DNA of 64,000 bases, from NCBI RefSeq assembly GCF_016432865.1, contig NC_067401.1:264616001-264680000 (forward strand), read 5' to 3'. Origin of the DNA: Antechinus flavipes (Eukaryota). The stretch's first letter is position 1. Every line of letters begins with the position of its first letter. The translations under genes and the position numbers were made by a program. The notes beneath the pieces are model-generated. The model was not told the DNA's origin, searched no databases, and worked only from the letters and a program-made list of their open reading frames with translations. This document shows, in pieces, positions 13,590 through 27,719 of the stretch.

Positions 13590-15250
13590 TCAACTCTACT
13601 AAACATGATGCTTCTGATATCACTTTCCTGATTATCTCCTTTTGCTTTTCTTTAGTCCTGTATTTGAAAATCAAAATTTCAATTCAACTCTGGTCTTTAA
13701 ATCATGAATACTTTTAAATCCTCTACTTCATTGAATAGCAATTTTTTTTGACTGAAAGATTATATTCAGTTTGCTGGGTAGGTGATTCTTTGTTGCAATC
13801 CCAGCTCCATTACTCTCTGGAATCTCATATTCCAAGCCCTCCAGTCCTTTAATATAGAAACTGTTCATCTTGTGTTATTCGGACTTTGGCTCTGCTATAC
13901 TTGAATTATTTCTCTCTAGATGCTTGCAATATTTTCTCCTTGACCTGGGACTTCAGGAATTTGTCTATAATATTCCTGGGAGTTTTGATTTCGGAATCTC
14001 TTTCAGGAGGTAGTCAGTGGAGTCTTTCAATTTCTATTTTATCTTCTAGTTTTAGAATATCAGGACAATTTTCCTTGATAATTTCTTTTAAAAAATGATA
14101 TCCAGGTTCTTTGTTTGATCATGTCTTTCAGGTAGACCAGTAATTTTAAAATTATTTCTCTTAGATCTGTTTTCCATGTCAGTTGGTTTTCCAGAAAGAT
14201 TTCTCACATTTTTCAATTTTTTTCCAATTATTTTTTTTAAATTTTCTTTATTTCTGATTTCTCAAAAAGCTTCCATTTGCTTTTCTAATTTTCACAGAAT
14301 TATTTTCCTCAGTGAACTTTTGTACCTTCTTTCCCAATTTGGTCTATTTTGCATTTTAAGACATTCTTTTCCTCATTAGCTTTTTATATTTCCTTTTGCT
14401 CCACTCTCATTTCTTTAATAATTTTTTTTCTCTCTCCCTTACTTGATTTTCAAAATCCCTTTTGAGCCTGAGACCAATTTTGATTTTTTCCAAGGCTTTG
14501 GATATAAGAACCTTGACTTTGTTACCTCCTTTTACCTTTTGTGGTCAGAAACTTACTATTATCTGCTCAGTTTCTTAGAATATTACACAGCTTTTATCTC
14601 TTTGTTAAAGTAGGGCTTTGTTTCCCAGGTGGAGGGTGCATTGTCCCAGGTTTCAATAATTGTGTGCAACTGTTTTCAGAGATCTTTCTAGGGACCTGAT
14701 CACAAGCCCTTTCTTCTGCCTGAAGTTGTTAGGAGTGCCCCGCCCCATTGTAACTGTAACATTTAGAGTCCTAAAGCAACAGTCTTGCTTTTCTGGTGCT
14801 GGGGCTGGGACTACTCTGGCACTACCTGCCCTGGGATAGCATGCTGGAGTCCCATCCTATTATCACAGCCCTTTTCTGCTGACTTTCCAAGTCCTTTTTG
14901 GTGTCCCTGAGCTGAGGGATCACATAGCCACCAGTACTGCTGCTGATTCAGAGTTTCCCTTGAGCAGTCCCTGCTTTGCTGGAATGGTATCGGGGCTGGG
15001 GCTAGGGTCAGGACTGAGCTGTTCTCTGTAGGGGAACTCATACTGTACTCCCTCCCTGGTATCCCAGACCTTTTCTGCTGACCTACTAAGTTGTCTTTGA
15101 CTGGAAATTGTTCTATCCCATTTTTTTTTGTGGGTTCTGGTGCTCTAAAATTAGCTTAAAGTCATCATTAAAGAAATTTGGAGTGGTTTGGGGGAGAGGA
15201 TGGGCAAGTTGCTGCCTTTGCTTAGCCTCAGTGAGTTCCATCTCAATGAA
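13590..15250 (-). mobile_element. L1 5' fragment (5' UTR plus ORF1)
   Basis: Minus strand gives L1 ORF1p motifs; the GC-richer 14600-15250 segment resembles an L1 5' UTR. Confidence 0.85.
13745..14195 (-). pseudogene. Disrupted L1 ORF1p (RRM-CTD region)
   Basis: Manual translation ENRSKRNNFKITGLPE...KEIIKENCPDIL...TPRNIIDKF...KEKILQASR...RITYPA with stops and frameshifts. Confidence 0.85.
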
Positions 15251-16010
15251 GTTGATTTTTAACTGATGCATAAAATTAAGGGCCTTGGTGGGTTGGTGGT
15301 GTCAATTTAAGTCTCCTGAGAGAGAAAGGAAATAAAATTAAAATGAAAAGTCCAAAAGCTTGAGCCTGGATCTGAGGTATGACCTGAAGGCCCAAAAGCT
15401 TAGCTTAGAAGCAGAGCAACTTCATTCAGTTGAATCCTCTTGAGATATCCTCTATGCATATCTTTGTTGAATGTTCTTTCATCTACTATATCTAAGTGAT
15501 TTCCTTTTATTTAAAAAAAATGAAAATAAAACAAGTTTAATGACTTTTGCATCATTTGAGTCTCATTTTATTCCAATATTAGGTATAAACTACCAGGGAA
15601 TTAGCCTATTTTCAAACTTTAAAAAAAATAGTGCTTCCTTTAGCACATTCCTTGATATTGATTAAGAACTTAATAAATGCCATTCCATTCCATTTCATTG
15701 ATTCATTCATAAAATTAAAATTATTGGATGTAATAGAATTAATTGTATCCATTTAAATAAACCTACAAAGATCATTTTCTTTCTTAAAGTATAATTGAGC
15801 ATGAGTTATTTTTTACAACAATCAACTAACTAACTTTCTGCCTTATACTGAAAGTAGAGTTCAGGTTTAGTGGTCCCACAAACTAATTAGACTAATATAT
15901 ATAACTTATTCTGTTGTGACACCAGAGGTACACATTAAAAAACTTTAAAAAAGGTGGGATTTGTTTTGTTTGTTAGTTTTATGTGGTGGGGCATCTGGGT
16001 TTAAACGTCT

Positions 16011-16107
16011 TTCTCAGGGCCATACAGTTAGTAAATATCGAGTATCTGAAATGAAAGCCTACTGACTCCAAGAATGGTACTCTATCCATTTACCAAATAG
16101 CTGTCTC
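16011..16107 (-). mobile_element. MIR-type SINE head fragment
   Basis: gggccatacagttagtaaat...tgactccaag...ctctatccatttaccaaatagctgtctc. Confidence 0.55.
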
Positions 16108-16320
16108 AATATGTAAAAAAAGGAAGATAAAACTCAGGATCAAGACAAAAACCTGGATATAACTCTATGAATAAAAGGAGAATGAAAGACATCAAAATTA
16201 GAGTTAAAAGGAAAAATTAGTGATTGCATCTTGAAAAGAATGATGAGATGTTAATTTAAACAAATATACAATTGAGTTGTTGAAAGATGTTATCAATATT
16301 TTAAGAAGTTTGAAATGGAA

Positions 16321-16376
16321 TTAGCATGATGCAGAATAGTCTATACAATTAGCATGACACAGAATAATCTATACAA
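16321..16376. repeat. 28-bp tandem duplication
   Basis: ttagcatgatgcagaatagtctatacaa / ttagcatgacacagaataatctatacaa. Confidence 0.9.
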
Positions 16377-18829
16377 TTAACAACATACAACATCCAAAAT
16401 TAAAAAATAAAACAGACAAAATCTCTTAGACCTTAGAAATGAATCCCTTAAATCATAGTCTAGATTTAGAGAATATTCAATTAATTTACCAACAATATAC
16501 AAGCAAATAATTATTTAAGAAAACCCACATGTTAAAGTAATATAGTTAGGAGTCCTGGAATAGAACATTTCTATTCTCACCACTAGTTACAGTTTCATAT
16601 CATGATTCATCACAGCTGAATTTTCCTTTGACAGGGAGGTGGGAGGAATGCTGTCATCATATTTTTGAGTGAAAAAGATGAGTTTTCTGACAAGACAATC
16701 TAGATCTGTAATCTTCTCTCCTTCTGCATGAGTTACATTTACATAAACCTGGTCCCAAAACACATAAAGGACAAATTTATTGTAAATAGTTTCTTAGGAA
16801 GGCTGTAGGTAGAAAACTATTTATTAATGGTTTCAATTTCAATTTAAAATAATTTTTGTTTTACCAAAAAATCAGATGAAATTTCAGTACCCAATTGAAA
16901 CTCAACCTATCACCCTCACCATCCCACTTGCTGTTGTTGCTTGTTTGTTTTATTGTTGTTTTGATTTTTTTTTCTTTTTGAAAGCCAGAAATATGAAGGC
17001 AGTGAATAACTTTTGATTATCTGCAAATGCTTCAAAAACATGAATGGTGTAATTTTCTGCATATATATATCTGGAATATACTGCAATGTTGGAAGAATCT
17101 CATGATCCACATCTCTTTTAGGATCTTATTGAAAATTCCCTTTAACAAATAGTGGAAAGATACCCAAAGTTAATCCTTCAAATGATTTCTAAGTGAATAA
17201 GAATGAAAGAAAATCACTCTCAGTAAATCAAAAATTAAAAACATCTTCTGTGAATAAACTTTCTATACAAAGAAAGATTTATGTCATTTCATAAAGATGA
17301 AAAGTTTTTTTTTCCTTTTCATTCATTTATTCATCTGTCATCTATAGACGAGATGTGTTTTGAAGTTATAAATAATCTAATGCACTAAAAATTAAGCATG
17401 TATGTATTCAAAAGAAAAAGTTAATTTTAAAAATCATTTTATCATTACTTGAGGTTATAAGTATTTGTCACTGTGTTAAGTTCTAGAAATATGAAGACAA
17501 TTATGAAAATGACCCTTATCTTTTAGGATGTTATACTCTACAAAATAACAACAACAATAACAAGAAATCCTTTATTCAATTATTAGTTTTAGTACTGAGA
17601 TTTCCTTACTATGAGAAGCATCAGATGTGAACATCTCCACTCGTGGTGATAAACAATTTCCATGTAATTTCCAGTATTAGTCAGTTTCCTGGTAAAAGTT
17701 TGCTTATCATTATCTACTCAGTAAGTGTCAGAAGCAGGACTTGAATTCACCTATTATTAATTTCAAAGTTGCCTTTTTGTCCATTACATCTTACTAGATC
17801 TCTAGACATTTATAATTGGCATAATTTGTGACTCTTTTAGAACAACTTATAAAATAGAGAGGAGAAAATCCATTTTCATAAAGGAGATACTTTTAATACT
17901 AGATTTTGGAATTTGCCTATTAGAATCTTAGAAAGGAACAGAAGAAATTTGAAATAGTTTCTTCATTTACTAGTTCATTACAATTTTTAAAAAATACTTT
18001 CTTTTAAGGAAAATTTAATACTCAAACAATTTAACTAAGTGGTATCTTTTTTTAGGTTATTTTAAAGAGTTAGCACACAAAGTAAAAAAAAAAATTAGAA
18101 TTGCCTTCTTATGAATAATTGAATAGTACTTTCAATTTACCATAATATTTCAAGGATATTCATGGAAGATGTTGTATATTTCTTCATTAATAGACTTCCT
18201 TGTATGGAATAAGGAAGGTTCCCAGCTTCTTTCTTTTTCTATCCTGGTCCAAAAAGGAAGATGGATTGTTATGAGCAACATAGCAAGAAGAGAGGTGGTA
18301 AATATTAGGAGGAAGAATCATATATGCTCAGGCCTAGGAAAGATTCTGGAAAGGAACTGGATGTATCCTAAGTACATATTTTGGCTTAGGTCTTATGTTT
18401 GGTCACTGTATAGATCAAAGGAAATGTGGTTTAAAGAAACAAAATCCTTTTCCATTATGCTGCTGGATGATTTCATGAATATAATCATCTATAATCACAC
18501 ACATACATATACATGTGTGTATGCTGTATATGTTCATGCATATGGGTATTATGCATGTTTATGTGCAAGCATGTATGTGTGAGTGCACAAATAAGTGTGT
18601 GTATACTTATTTCCTGGACTTTTTCACCTCTTATCAGTGGATTCCTTATTCTGGAGATGCCTCCAAATTAGAGCTTTTCTCTAATTGGGGAGTCCTTGTT
18701 TCAAATTACCATTTCCTCAGGTGCCTAGTCAAAGAATGATTAATTCACCCTTGGCTTGATTGAACACTGTTCTGATTTACTTTCCTGAAATCTGCTTTGT
18801 CCTTACAAGTGTCCTCCCTCTATGTCTTC

Positions 18830-18985
18830 TACTTTCTAGTTGCTCTTGATTTATTTTCTTCCATGAGAATATATGCTTCTTAATGATAAAGACTATCCTG
18901 ATCTTGTTTGTTTGTTTTGGGTCCCTAATACTTAGGACAATATCTGGAACATGATAAAAACTTAATAAATGGTTTATTCTCTCTA
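18830..18985 (+). mobile_element. L2 3' end
   Basis: cctaatacttaggacaatatctggaacatgataaaaacttaataaatggtttatt. Confidence 0.6.
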
Positions 18986-18997
18986 TCTGCTTGTCTC

Positions 18998-19100
18998 TGT
19001 CTTCTTCTTTCTTCTTCTTCCTTTGTCCTTCTTCCTTTATCTTCTTTCTTTTTTCTTCCTTCTTCTTCTCCTTCTCCTTCTTCTTTCTTCTTCTCTCTCA
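18998..19100. repeat. (CTT)n/CT-rich simple repeat
   Basis: Degenerate cttcttctt tract. Confidence 0.85.
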
Positions 19101-19129
19101 TTTTCTGTTTTGTATTTGTTTAATGCTTA

Positions 19130-19808
19130 GATCAGAGTATTTTTACTATAGTTAAAGAATGGATATTTACTTCCTTTGGTATAAAAGTCTTTTATTTGAA
19201 GATTAAATTTCTTTTCAACTCTGACCTTTTCATCAAAAAAGTTCACAAATTCCCTGTTTTGTTGAATGTTCATCTTTTCCCTCTAACAATTGCATCCAAT
19301 TTTGCTAGACAGCTAATTCTTGCTTATAGTCTAAGTCTAAGCTCCTCTACCTTTTGGAATATCATATTCCAAGTCTTTCTATCTACTAAGGTAAAAACTG
19401 TTTAGTTTTTGGGTATCCTGAATGCAGCATCTTGATATTTGAATTGTTTCTTTCTGACTGCTTACAGTATTTTTTACTTGACCTTATAATTCTGGAATTT
19501 GATTTCAAGATTCCTGGGAATTTTCAATTTGGGATCTCTTTCAGGAAGTGATTCATGGATTCTTTTCAATTACTATTTTACTCTCATGTTCTAGGATTTC
19601 AGGGCAGTTTTCTTTGATAATTTCTTGAAAGATATTTTCCAGGAATGTTTTTGGATCATGGCTTTTAAGTAGTCCAATAATTCTTAAATTCTTTCTTCTA
19701 CATATTTTTTAGGTCAGTTGATTTGTCAAGGAGATATTTACATTTTCTTCATTTTCTTTGAGTTTTGATGTCTCATAGAGCCATTAGCTTCCATTTGCTT
19801 AATTTTAA
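19130..19808 (-). mobile_element. Older L1, ORF1 part; continues at 22031-22850
   Basis: Same ORF1 signature as 13745-14195 (ggatctctttcaggaagtgattcatggattc, gggcagttttctttgataatttcttgaa); breaks at ttccatttgcttaattttaa. Confidence 0.75.
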
Positions 19809-19883
19809 ATTAGGGGGCATTTTTTCCCCTTGCAATTATTATCACTTTTCTTGTCATCTTTAAAAAAAATAATAATAACTTTT

Positions 19884-20295
19884 TGTAATGGGCTGAGGTG
19901 TGAGTTGATGCACTGAGGTCTCAAGCACGTGAGGCTAAATAGTAATTGGACCATACTCTATTAATATATATGCTTGAAGAAAGAATGGCCCCCGCCCACT
20001 CTTTGTGCAAGTCCTGATGTGTTGTATAGGCAATGATATTTTTGGTGGGTGGAGGCAGGGGAGTGGAGAGGGAAGCGGAAGGAGAGATTGCTGGCTGGCG
20101 TCTTGACACAGCTGCTCACATTGCTATCGGGAAGGCCCTTCATCTCCAATCCCCCTCTGCTAGCTGGCTTCCTGTCGAAGCTGCCCATATTGCTATCGCA
20201 ATCCTTTTTCACCTCTTCACTTCAATAAAGACTGAAGATTTTTCCCTTAACCTGAATTCCTGACTCCAGCTGATTTTAAATATGCAGTCATCACA
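19884..20295 (+). mobile_element. ERV solo LTR, 412 bp
   Basis: TGTAATG...CATCACA termini; flanks ACTTTT/ACTTTA (6-bp TSD, one mismatch); AATAAA at 20224-20229; internal 19-bp repeat at 20111-20129 and 20180-20198; GC- and CpG-richer than surroundings. Confidence 0.92.
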
Positions 20296-20301
20296 ACTTT
20301 A

Positions 20302-22030
20302 AAAAAATTAATTTATTTATTTTTAATACACATTTATGAACCATATTGGGACACAAAAATCAGAACAAAAGAAAAAACATAAACATGGATAAGAAAAAAA
20401 AAAAAAACAGGAAAAAGAAGTGAACATAGCATGTGTTGATTTACATTCAATCTCCATAATTCTAAAGGGTATACACAGTTTTATAGCTCTTTGAGCATAG
20501 TTGCTCTCCACTTTGGCTGGATCAGTTCAAAACTCCACTAACAGTACATTCGTGTCCCTACACTGCTTTTTGTCATCTGAAAATGTCTGTTCCTATCCTT
20601 TGACCTTTATCAATTGAGAAATGACTTATAGTCTTGTAAATTTGTCACAGTTTCTTTATATATTTTAGAAATGAGACCTTTATTAGAAATACTTGCTGTA
20701 AAGAATTTTTTCCCAGCTTTGTATTTCCCTTTTAATCTTGTTTCTGTTGGTTTTATTTATGCAAAACTTTTTAATTTAATGTAACCAAAGTTGTTCTTTG
20801 TAATGTTCTCTAGCTCTTCTTTGGTAATAAATTCCTCCCTTCCTTATCGAGTTGATAGGTAAATTATCCCTTGCTTGCCTAATTTGCTTGTAATATTATC
20901 CTTTATGCCTAAATCATATATCCATTTTGACCTTATTTTGATATAGGGTATGATTTGGGTCCATATCGATTTTCTGATATATTATTTTCCAGTTTTCCCA
21001 ACTATTTTTGTCAAATAGTGACTTCTTATTCCAGAAGCTGAAGATTGAGGATTTATCAAATACTTGATTGCTATGGATCTTGATTTTTGGGTCATATGTA
21101 TCTAATTTATTCCACTCATCAACCACTTTATTTCTTAGCCAGTACTAAATGGTTTTGATTACTGCTGCTATATAATATAATTGTAGGTCTGGTAATGCTA
21201 AGCCACCATTTTTTGTATTTTGTTTTTCATTAATAACATTAATATTCTTAACTTTTTATTCTTCCAGATAAATTTTGGTTTTATTTTTTCTAGTTTTATA
21301 AAATAATGTTTTGGTAGTTTGCTGTGGCACTGAACAAGTAGGCCAATTTAGGTAGAATTGTCATTTTTATTATGTTAACTCAGCCTAGTCATGAACAATA
21401 GATATTTTTCAAATTGTTTAGATCTGATTTTATTTGTGTAAGAATGTTTTGTTATTGCATTTATATGGTTCTTGTATTTGTCTTGGCAGGTAGACCCCCA
21501 AATATTATATTTGTCTAATATAATTTTAAATGGAATTTTTCTATCCCTTGCTGATGGGCTTTGTCAGTAATATATAGAAATGTTGATGATTTGTGTGAGT
21601 TTATTTTATGTCTTGTTATTGTTTTGAGTAGGTTTTTGGATGATTTTCTAGGATTCTCTAAGTATACCATTATATCATCTGCAAAGAGTAATAATTTCCT
21701 CATTGCCTATCTCATTCCTTTAATTTCTTTTTTCTTTTCTTATTGCTAAAACTAATATTCCTATATAATGTTGAATAATAATGGTGATAATGGGCATCCT
21801 TGTTTTATCCTTGAACTTATTGGGAATGATTCCAGCTTCTCTCCATTACAAATAATGTTTGCTGTTGGTTTTAGATATATACTGCTTATTATTTTAAGAA
21901 AATTCTCCCTTTATCCCTATGCTCTCCAGTGTTTTTAATGGGAATGGGTGATATATTTTGTCAAAAGCCTTTTCTGCATCTATTGAAATTATCATGTGAT
22001 TTCTGTTGTTTTTGTTATTGATATGGTTAG
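20302..22030 (-). mobile_element. Younger 5'-truncated L1 (ORF2 RT to 3' UTR, with internal deletions)
   Basis: L1 3' UTR (aattaatttatttatttttaatacac...gtgaacatagcatgtgttgatttacattc) joined to ORF2 sequence. Confidence 0.9.
21515..22025 (-). pseudogene. Disrupted L1 ORF2p reverse-transcriptase domain
   Basis: Translation [20 protein letters not shown]...[17 protein letters not shown]...[13 protein letters not shown]...LLLFADDIMVYLENP (ORF 21515..21703). Confidence 0.92.
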
Positions 22031-22850
22031 TTTTAATTTTTAAGGAATTATTTTCTTCAGTTGACATTTATGATTACTTTTCCTTTTGACCTTTAAAGGA
22101 ATTTTTTCTTTAGTGGATTTTTCCCCTATTTAGTGAATTTTATTTTTAAGGAATTTTTCTATTCATTCAATTTTTATTCTTTCTTTACCAAGCTGTTGAC
22201 TTTCTCCTGCAATTGTCACATAATAATAATAATGTCTCATTTCTTTTCCCAATTTTTCTTTTATCCCTCTTACTTGATTTGTAAAATACTGTTTGAGCTC
22301 TTTCAAAAGGGCTTTTTTGAGCTTGAAATAAATTCATATTCCCTGCTAAGGCTTCATAGCTAGCTATTTTGAAATTGTTTTCTCATGAGTTTGTGTTTTG
22401 ATCTTTCCTGTTATTATCATAGTAGTTTTCTATAGTCAGGACTCCTTTTTTGTTGTTGTTGTTAGCTCATTTCTAAAAATTTGAGTTCTTCTCCTATGGC
22501 AGTTTGCCTGCTGTGCTGGCCTGAAGGCCTTACAGTTGGCATGCTGTTCCATGGCCTGCTGAGTGAGAATTGGGGGGCCTCAGTTGTTAATCTGTCCGGT
22601 GACTAAAAGCCACTTGCTGGCTTTTATGGACATCATCTGCCCTGGGCTGTGCTTCCCTTTTACTCATGTGAAACAAACATTTTCTGAAGTCCTTTTAAGT
22701 TCTAGGGCTAAAAATTAGTTTCACTGTATTTTGGTGGATTCTGTTGCTCTAGAATTCTTTTAGAGACTTTAACATTGTTTCTGAGGGAAACTAGGGAATG
22801 ATCAGGTAACTTCCTGGCTTCTCTCTAAGATCTTGGCTCCCTGCCTCCCT
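22031..22850 (-). mobile_element. Older L1, ORF1 N-terminus and 5' UTR (continuation of 19130-19808)
   Basis: Resumes with ttttaatttttaaggaattattttcttcag, the expected continuation of the ORF1 break at ~19808. Confidence 0.65.
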
Positions 22851-25800
22851 TCTCCATCCTCCAAGCACACAGAAGGATTAAAGGATCAAAAGCTGAGCCT
22901 CTGTCCACTATATTCTGCCATGACATAACACTTTTTTTCTCATTGAAACTAATTTAAGATCATTCATTTCAGAATCATTGATGCTATTTTCTAATCCTTT
23001 TTATAGCTCTCTCTTTTATTCTCTCTCACTTTTTTTAAAATTAGTCTATATGAAACATACTATATGAAACCTATGTAATTGGAAGACTGGTGATTTATAA
23101 TGGTTTACTAAGGTTGATTTATCTCCATCCCCTTTCAATACATGCTACTTTGATGAGGTCCAATTGTTGGCTCCATCATACTGTTTTCATACTTTCATGC
23201 CTTCTCATCTTGTGAGCTGATTCATGTCTACTCATAAATTGTGTAAAAAGAATCCAACCCAACAGACCAAAAACTTTCCTTGGGATCTTTTTAATATTTT
23301 GTGGCTAACCATGCAACACTCTGGCAATGTAGGAGATATCTAGAATTAAAATCTTTCCTAAACCTGACTTTCATCTTGGGACCAAAATACAAAGAATGAA
23401 CCATTATATTCAGACAGTCTCTGTCTGCTCCATTGTGCATGAATATTTTGAATGGTATTGATAGTACCATACAGCACCTTTGATTTTGGCTATAGTACTT
23501 GCAACTTCCATTGAGTTTATCTCTTAAAGAATTACAGTGTGAAATGGAAAACTATTTCCTTGTCTGTCACAGAAATATATTTTATGTGTTGCAGCATTTT
23601 TCTTCTATGCTTAAGAAAAGGGATTCAAGATTGGGAAATACAAATGGAAAGCAAAAGTTTATGCTTATCAGTTTTCTCTAACAAAATGAATAATAGAAAA
23701 GGACTCAATTTAATAATACCATGGTTCAAAGGTTACTGAGAGTCATAGAAATCAAACATAGGATTCAGAGTTGGTAGAGATCCATAGTGGTCACTGACAT
23801 CAAACTCCTACTAATGACAAAATTGAAACACAGAAAAGTGAAGCTATTTGTCCAACATTACAAATTATTTAATGACAGAATTATGATGAGAATTAGCATC
23901 TTTGACACATACGGAAATATTTCTACTCTGGATCAATGAACATTGGAATCACCTTTACTTCCACAGTATTGAAAAAACATATTGAATAATATTAGGAAGT
24001 CCTTATTCAAATCATTGAAACTTTAGAGAAGTATTTGATCATAGTTATCAAAGGCAGAATGAAACTAAATAAAGACAATCATTAAATTATCCTGTGGTAG
24101 TTGAAAGAAATCAAAGATTTGTTTTTTAGCATAATGACATATTAAGATACTACATTAATTGACCACATGATGTTTATTCTGAACCTGTATTTAAACAATC
24201 AATTGACCAAATACTTATAAAACTCCTTCATGGAAGCCTATGTTATATTATTAGAACATCTACAACAAAGAACATTTATATGGGTAGTATCTAATTAGTG
24301 TTAATTTATGACCATTAAAAATAAAGAAACATAATTTCTTGCTAATTTAATAATTTTACAAATAATATCAACATTTTGATAAAATGACAGTCATTTGGGC
24401 ATCTCTCTCTTAGACCCAAAGAAATCATGGTGGCAGGCTTATGGCTTATGTAGCTCTTTGGAAGAGAACTGTTCCCAAAGTTGGTAATCAATTTTGATTG
24501 GTTAACAATTAATAAGGGAATGAATATTACATTGAGGGGCTGAGGGTTACATCATATCAAAGAAAGACTTTCCCTATACCCAGACCCCTTTAGACCCATA
24601 TCTATTCAAAGAATTTTTATCTTCACACAAAGAAAATAATAATAAATAAGTGGTAGGCTGTCATTGACTAGGATTATACAACCAGAAAGTGTCCAAAGCT
24701 GGATTTGATCTCAGGTTTTCTTGACCTCTTCCAAATATGTATCCACTACACCACTCTGCTGCTTCTAGGTATCTGTGTCACATAGTGGACAGAATGTTGA
24801 CTCTAGAGTTAGCATCACCAAATTTCTTGAAAGTAAAACAATGACAATGTTTACAATACATACTATGCTAGGAGGATTAAATGTGAAAAAGAGTGTAAAG
24901 CACTTTGCAAAATGAAAAGTACTGTGTAAATTCTGGTTATTATAAAAAGTATAAACATTTTGCTGGATACTGATTTGGCTTCAAAGATGAAATTAAATAA
25001 TTTCTCATCTTTATAATTTAATAGAAGAGGTAAAAACATGCACAAATTACTAAGAAACACTTGATAATGCGACACTATAGAAGATATAAATTGCTATAAT
25101 AAATTTGAAAACAAAGTGATAAATTCTACTTGAAATCACCTCAAAGGGAGTTATGAGGAAATTAACATCTTATTCAGGTCTTGAAGAAAGGAAAACTTTT
25201 TAAGATGCAAAGTAGATATGTATGTTCATAGAAGTGGTGAGGAGAAAGTCCAATAAAGGAAAGAAGGAAAAAATTGAGATGTAGATTAAAACCTTTTATT
25301 TTACAAGGATAGGGAATGACCCTGTAATTTTGTTGGCATATGGAATTTAGGAGCAAGGGAATTACCTCTAGCAAGGAAGACTGCAACTTATAGTTCTCTG
25401 TAATTTATCATATTAGTTAGCTAGTCCAAAAAAGTTGTGATTTGTCAGGTTTTCATACAACTAATATATGTCTTGGGTGGGTCTTGAACTTAGATTGTCC
25501 TAGTTTTGAGGACAGCTATCTATTTTGCCATGTTATCTTTTTCATTTCATTTTTTTTTTTTTACTTTTGGGGAGAAAAAAAAATCTCATCCCCAATCTAC
25601 CACTACCTCTGCTAGGTATCTTGAGACAAGCCTTTCAACCTGCCTAAGCCTAACTTTTTCCACATGTAAATCACATTTATGTCAATTTGTTGCATTCTCA
25701 AGTATTTCTAGGATATATTTTCCAGTTTAATTTATGTTGAGGTAATAAGAAAAGAAAATAGGAAAATTTCCCCAGATTCTGAGTTTAATATTGCTTAAAT

Positions 25801-26149
25801 TTTGTCATTTATTAAAATTAATATATTTCAAAAGGCACTGAAAAAGCTTGATACAGCAACTAAAGGATGTAATTATGCTACATTTAAGACCTGTACTGTT
25901 CAGTAACAGGAGTAATGATCTTCACATACTTTGTCTTAGATCTATTTGAGAATACTGTGATGTCATATTTTTGGGATTGCATCAGAAATCTGGGTCATAT
26001 TTATGGAAGCATGACCAAAACAGTGAGGAAAATATCATTAACACATTCATATACTACTTTAAGGTATCTAAAGTATTTTATATATTAATATATTTATTTA
26101 ATGTACACCTAAAATAATTCTGATAAATAAATAAAACAGTTTAAGTGTT

Positions 26150-26290
26150 GTTTATTATCTTTACTTTACAGATGAGGAATATGAATTTTAGAGACATTAA
26201 ATTAATTCTGCAATGTTATCCAGGCTAAGTGGGAGCCATGTTGAATCTGGATTTCCTAACTTCAAATATAATATCTTTGCTACTACAGTA
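26150..26290 (-). mobile_element. MIR SINE
   Basis: Reverse core ttttacagatgaggaa. Confidence 0.55.
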
Positions 26291-26704
26291 AGTTTGTTAT
26301 ATATCAAAAGTTGATGAAGGCCCTTGGGAAAGAAAAGAAATTTTAGGGTGTGGGCACAATAGCTTTCTTTAATTATTTGAAGAGTGATTAAAATTATTTT
26401 ACTTAGCTCTCAAGAGTATAATTAAGAACTTAAGAACAAAAAAGTGAAAAGAGAGATTCCAGCCCTGCATAAGAAAAAAGTAAAGCATTTCCTAAACAGT
26501 TAGATATATCCCAAATTGAAATGAGCTGCTTTGGCCATCACTTGAAGTATATTAAATGAAGTTTGGATGATCACTGGCCAGAATCATGGAGAGGATTCCT
26601 TTTTAGGTATGGATTGACTTGGAAAGCTTGTCGATTTCCTTCCAATGCTAAAATGATTATATGTATTGAATATTTTCTTTGCAAGGTTTGGCTAGATGGC
26701 AAAG

Positions 26705-26930
26705 TGTAGAAATTGTAGGGCTTGGAGTTCAAAAATTTGAACCTAAATTCAAATTTTGCCTTAAATACTTATTATCCATGTGCCCCTAGGCAAGTCACTT
26801 TATCTCTATGTTGTTTCTTCATCTTTAAGATAGTATTAAAATATCATTTGGCTCATCATTGTGAACCTCAAGGAAATAATGTAGAAGTGATATGTAAACC
26901 CTATAGTACTTTATAAATGCTAGCTGTAAT
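26705..26930 (+). mobile_element. MIR SINE
   Basis: cttggagttc...ggcaagtcacttta...ttcttcatctttaagatag...tgtaaaccctatagtactttataaatgctagc. Confidence 0.65.
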
Positions 26931-27719
26931 AATAGAAATCAAAATAATTGTCAATAGTAAGTAACAATATATAATTATTATGTGTTAATAATTATCATTA
27001 TTATTATTTGTATTTCTCATTGTTTAATGTTTTTGAACATAGGACAGAAATGGGCAGCAGGCCCTGATTTAGGGTAGTCAAAATGAAATTGCCATTTTTT
27101 TTGCTACATCATTGTCTCTCCATTCTGACACAAATTTGGGGAGTGAAAAGGGAGCAGAGAAAGTAGATCCTTGAATATTTAAAGCTTTTCCCATTATTTC
27201 CTCTCAAATTTTATTCTAAACCTTTTAAGATTTTGTCTGTTTTCTTTTTCAGTGATTTTCAGTTACAGTAATCTATTAATGATTTGGCAGAGAACTATCT
27301 TGATAATCATTCCTAAATTTAGCAAATAAAGAAAAAAAAAGGTAGAACTGTTTAAAGAGGGCATTTTTTCTATTTGTACTATCTGTAAGTGATTTTTTAA
27401 AAATATGTAAATGTTTCATAAAAACTTACTTTTGGGAAGTCAACTCACAAACTCAAACCGGCTGAGATTCCACTATTTCTAGAGCACTTCATATTTCAGA
27501 GGCATTAAGTATTCCAGGTTTTGGGAATACTTTTCCATGTATTCCATGATTATAGATAGACAGAATGATTAGAGATAGCATTACAACATCAAATAATCCA
27601 TATATTACAGGATACATATGGAACAAATTAACTATTTCATATTATCAAAGTTTTGTGAAGGTTTTTTGTCCTATGAGGGTACTTACTTTAAAGGGAGTTA
27701 AGGGTAGAAGGAAAAGAAT

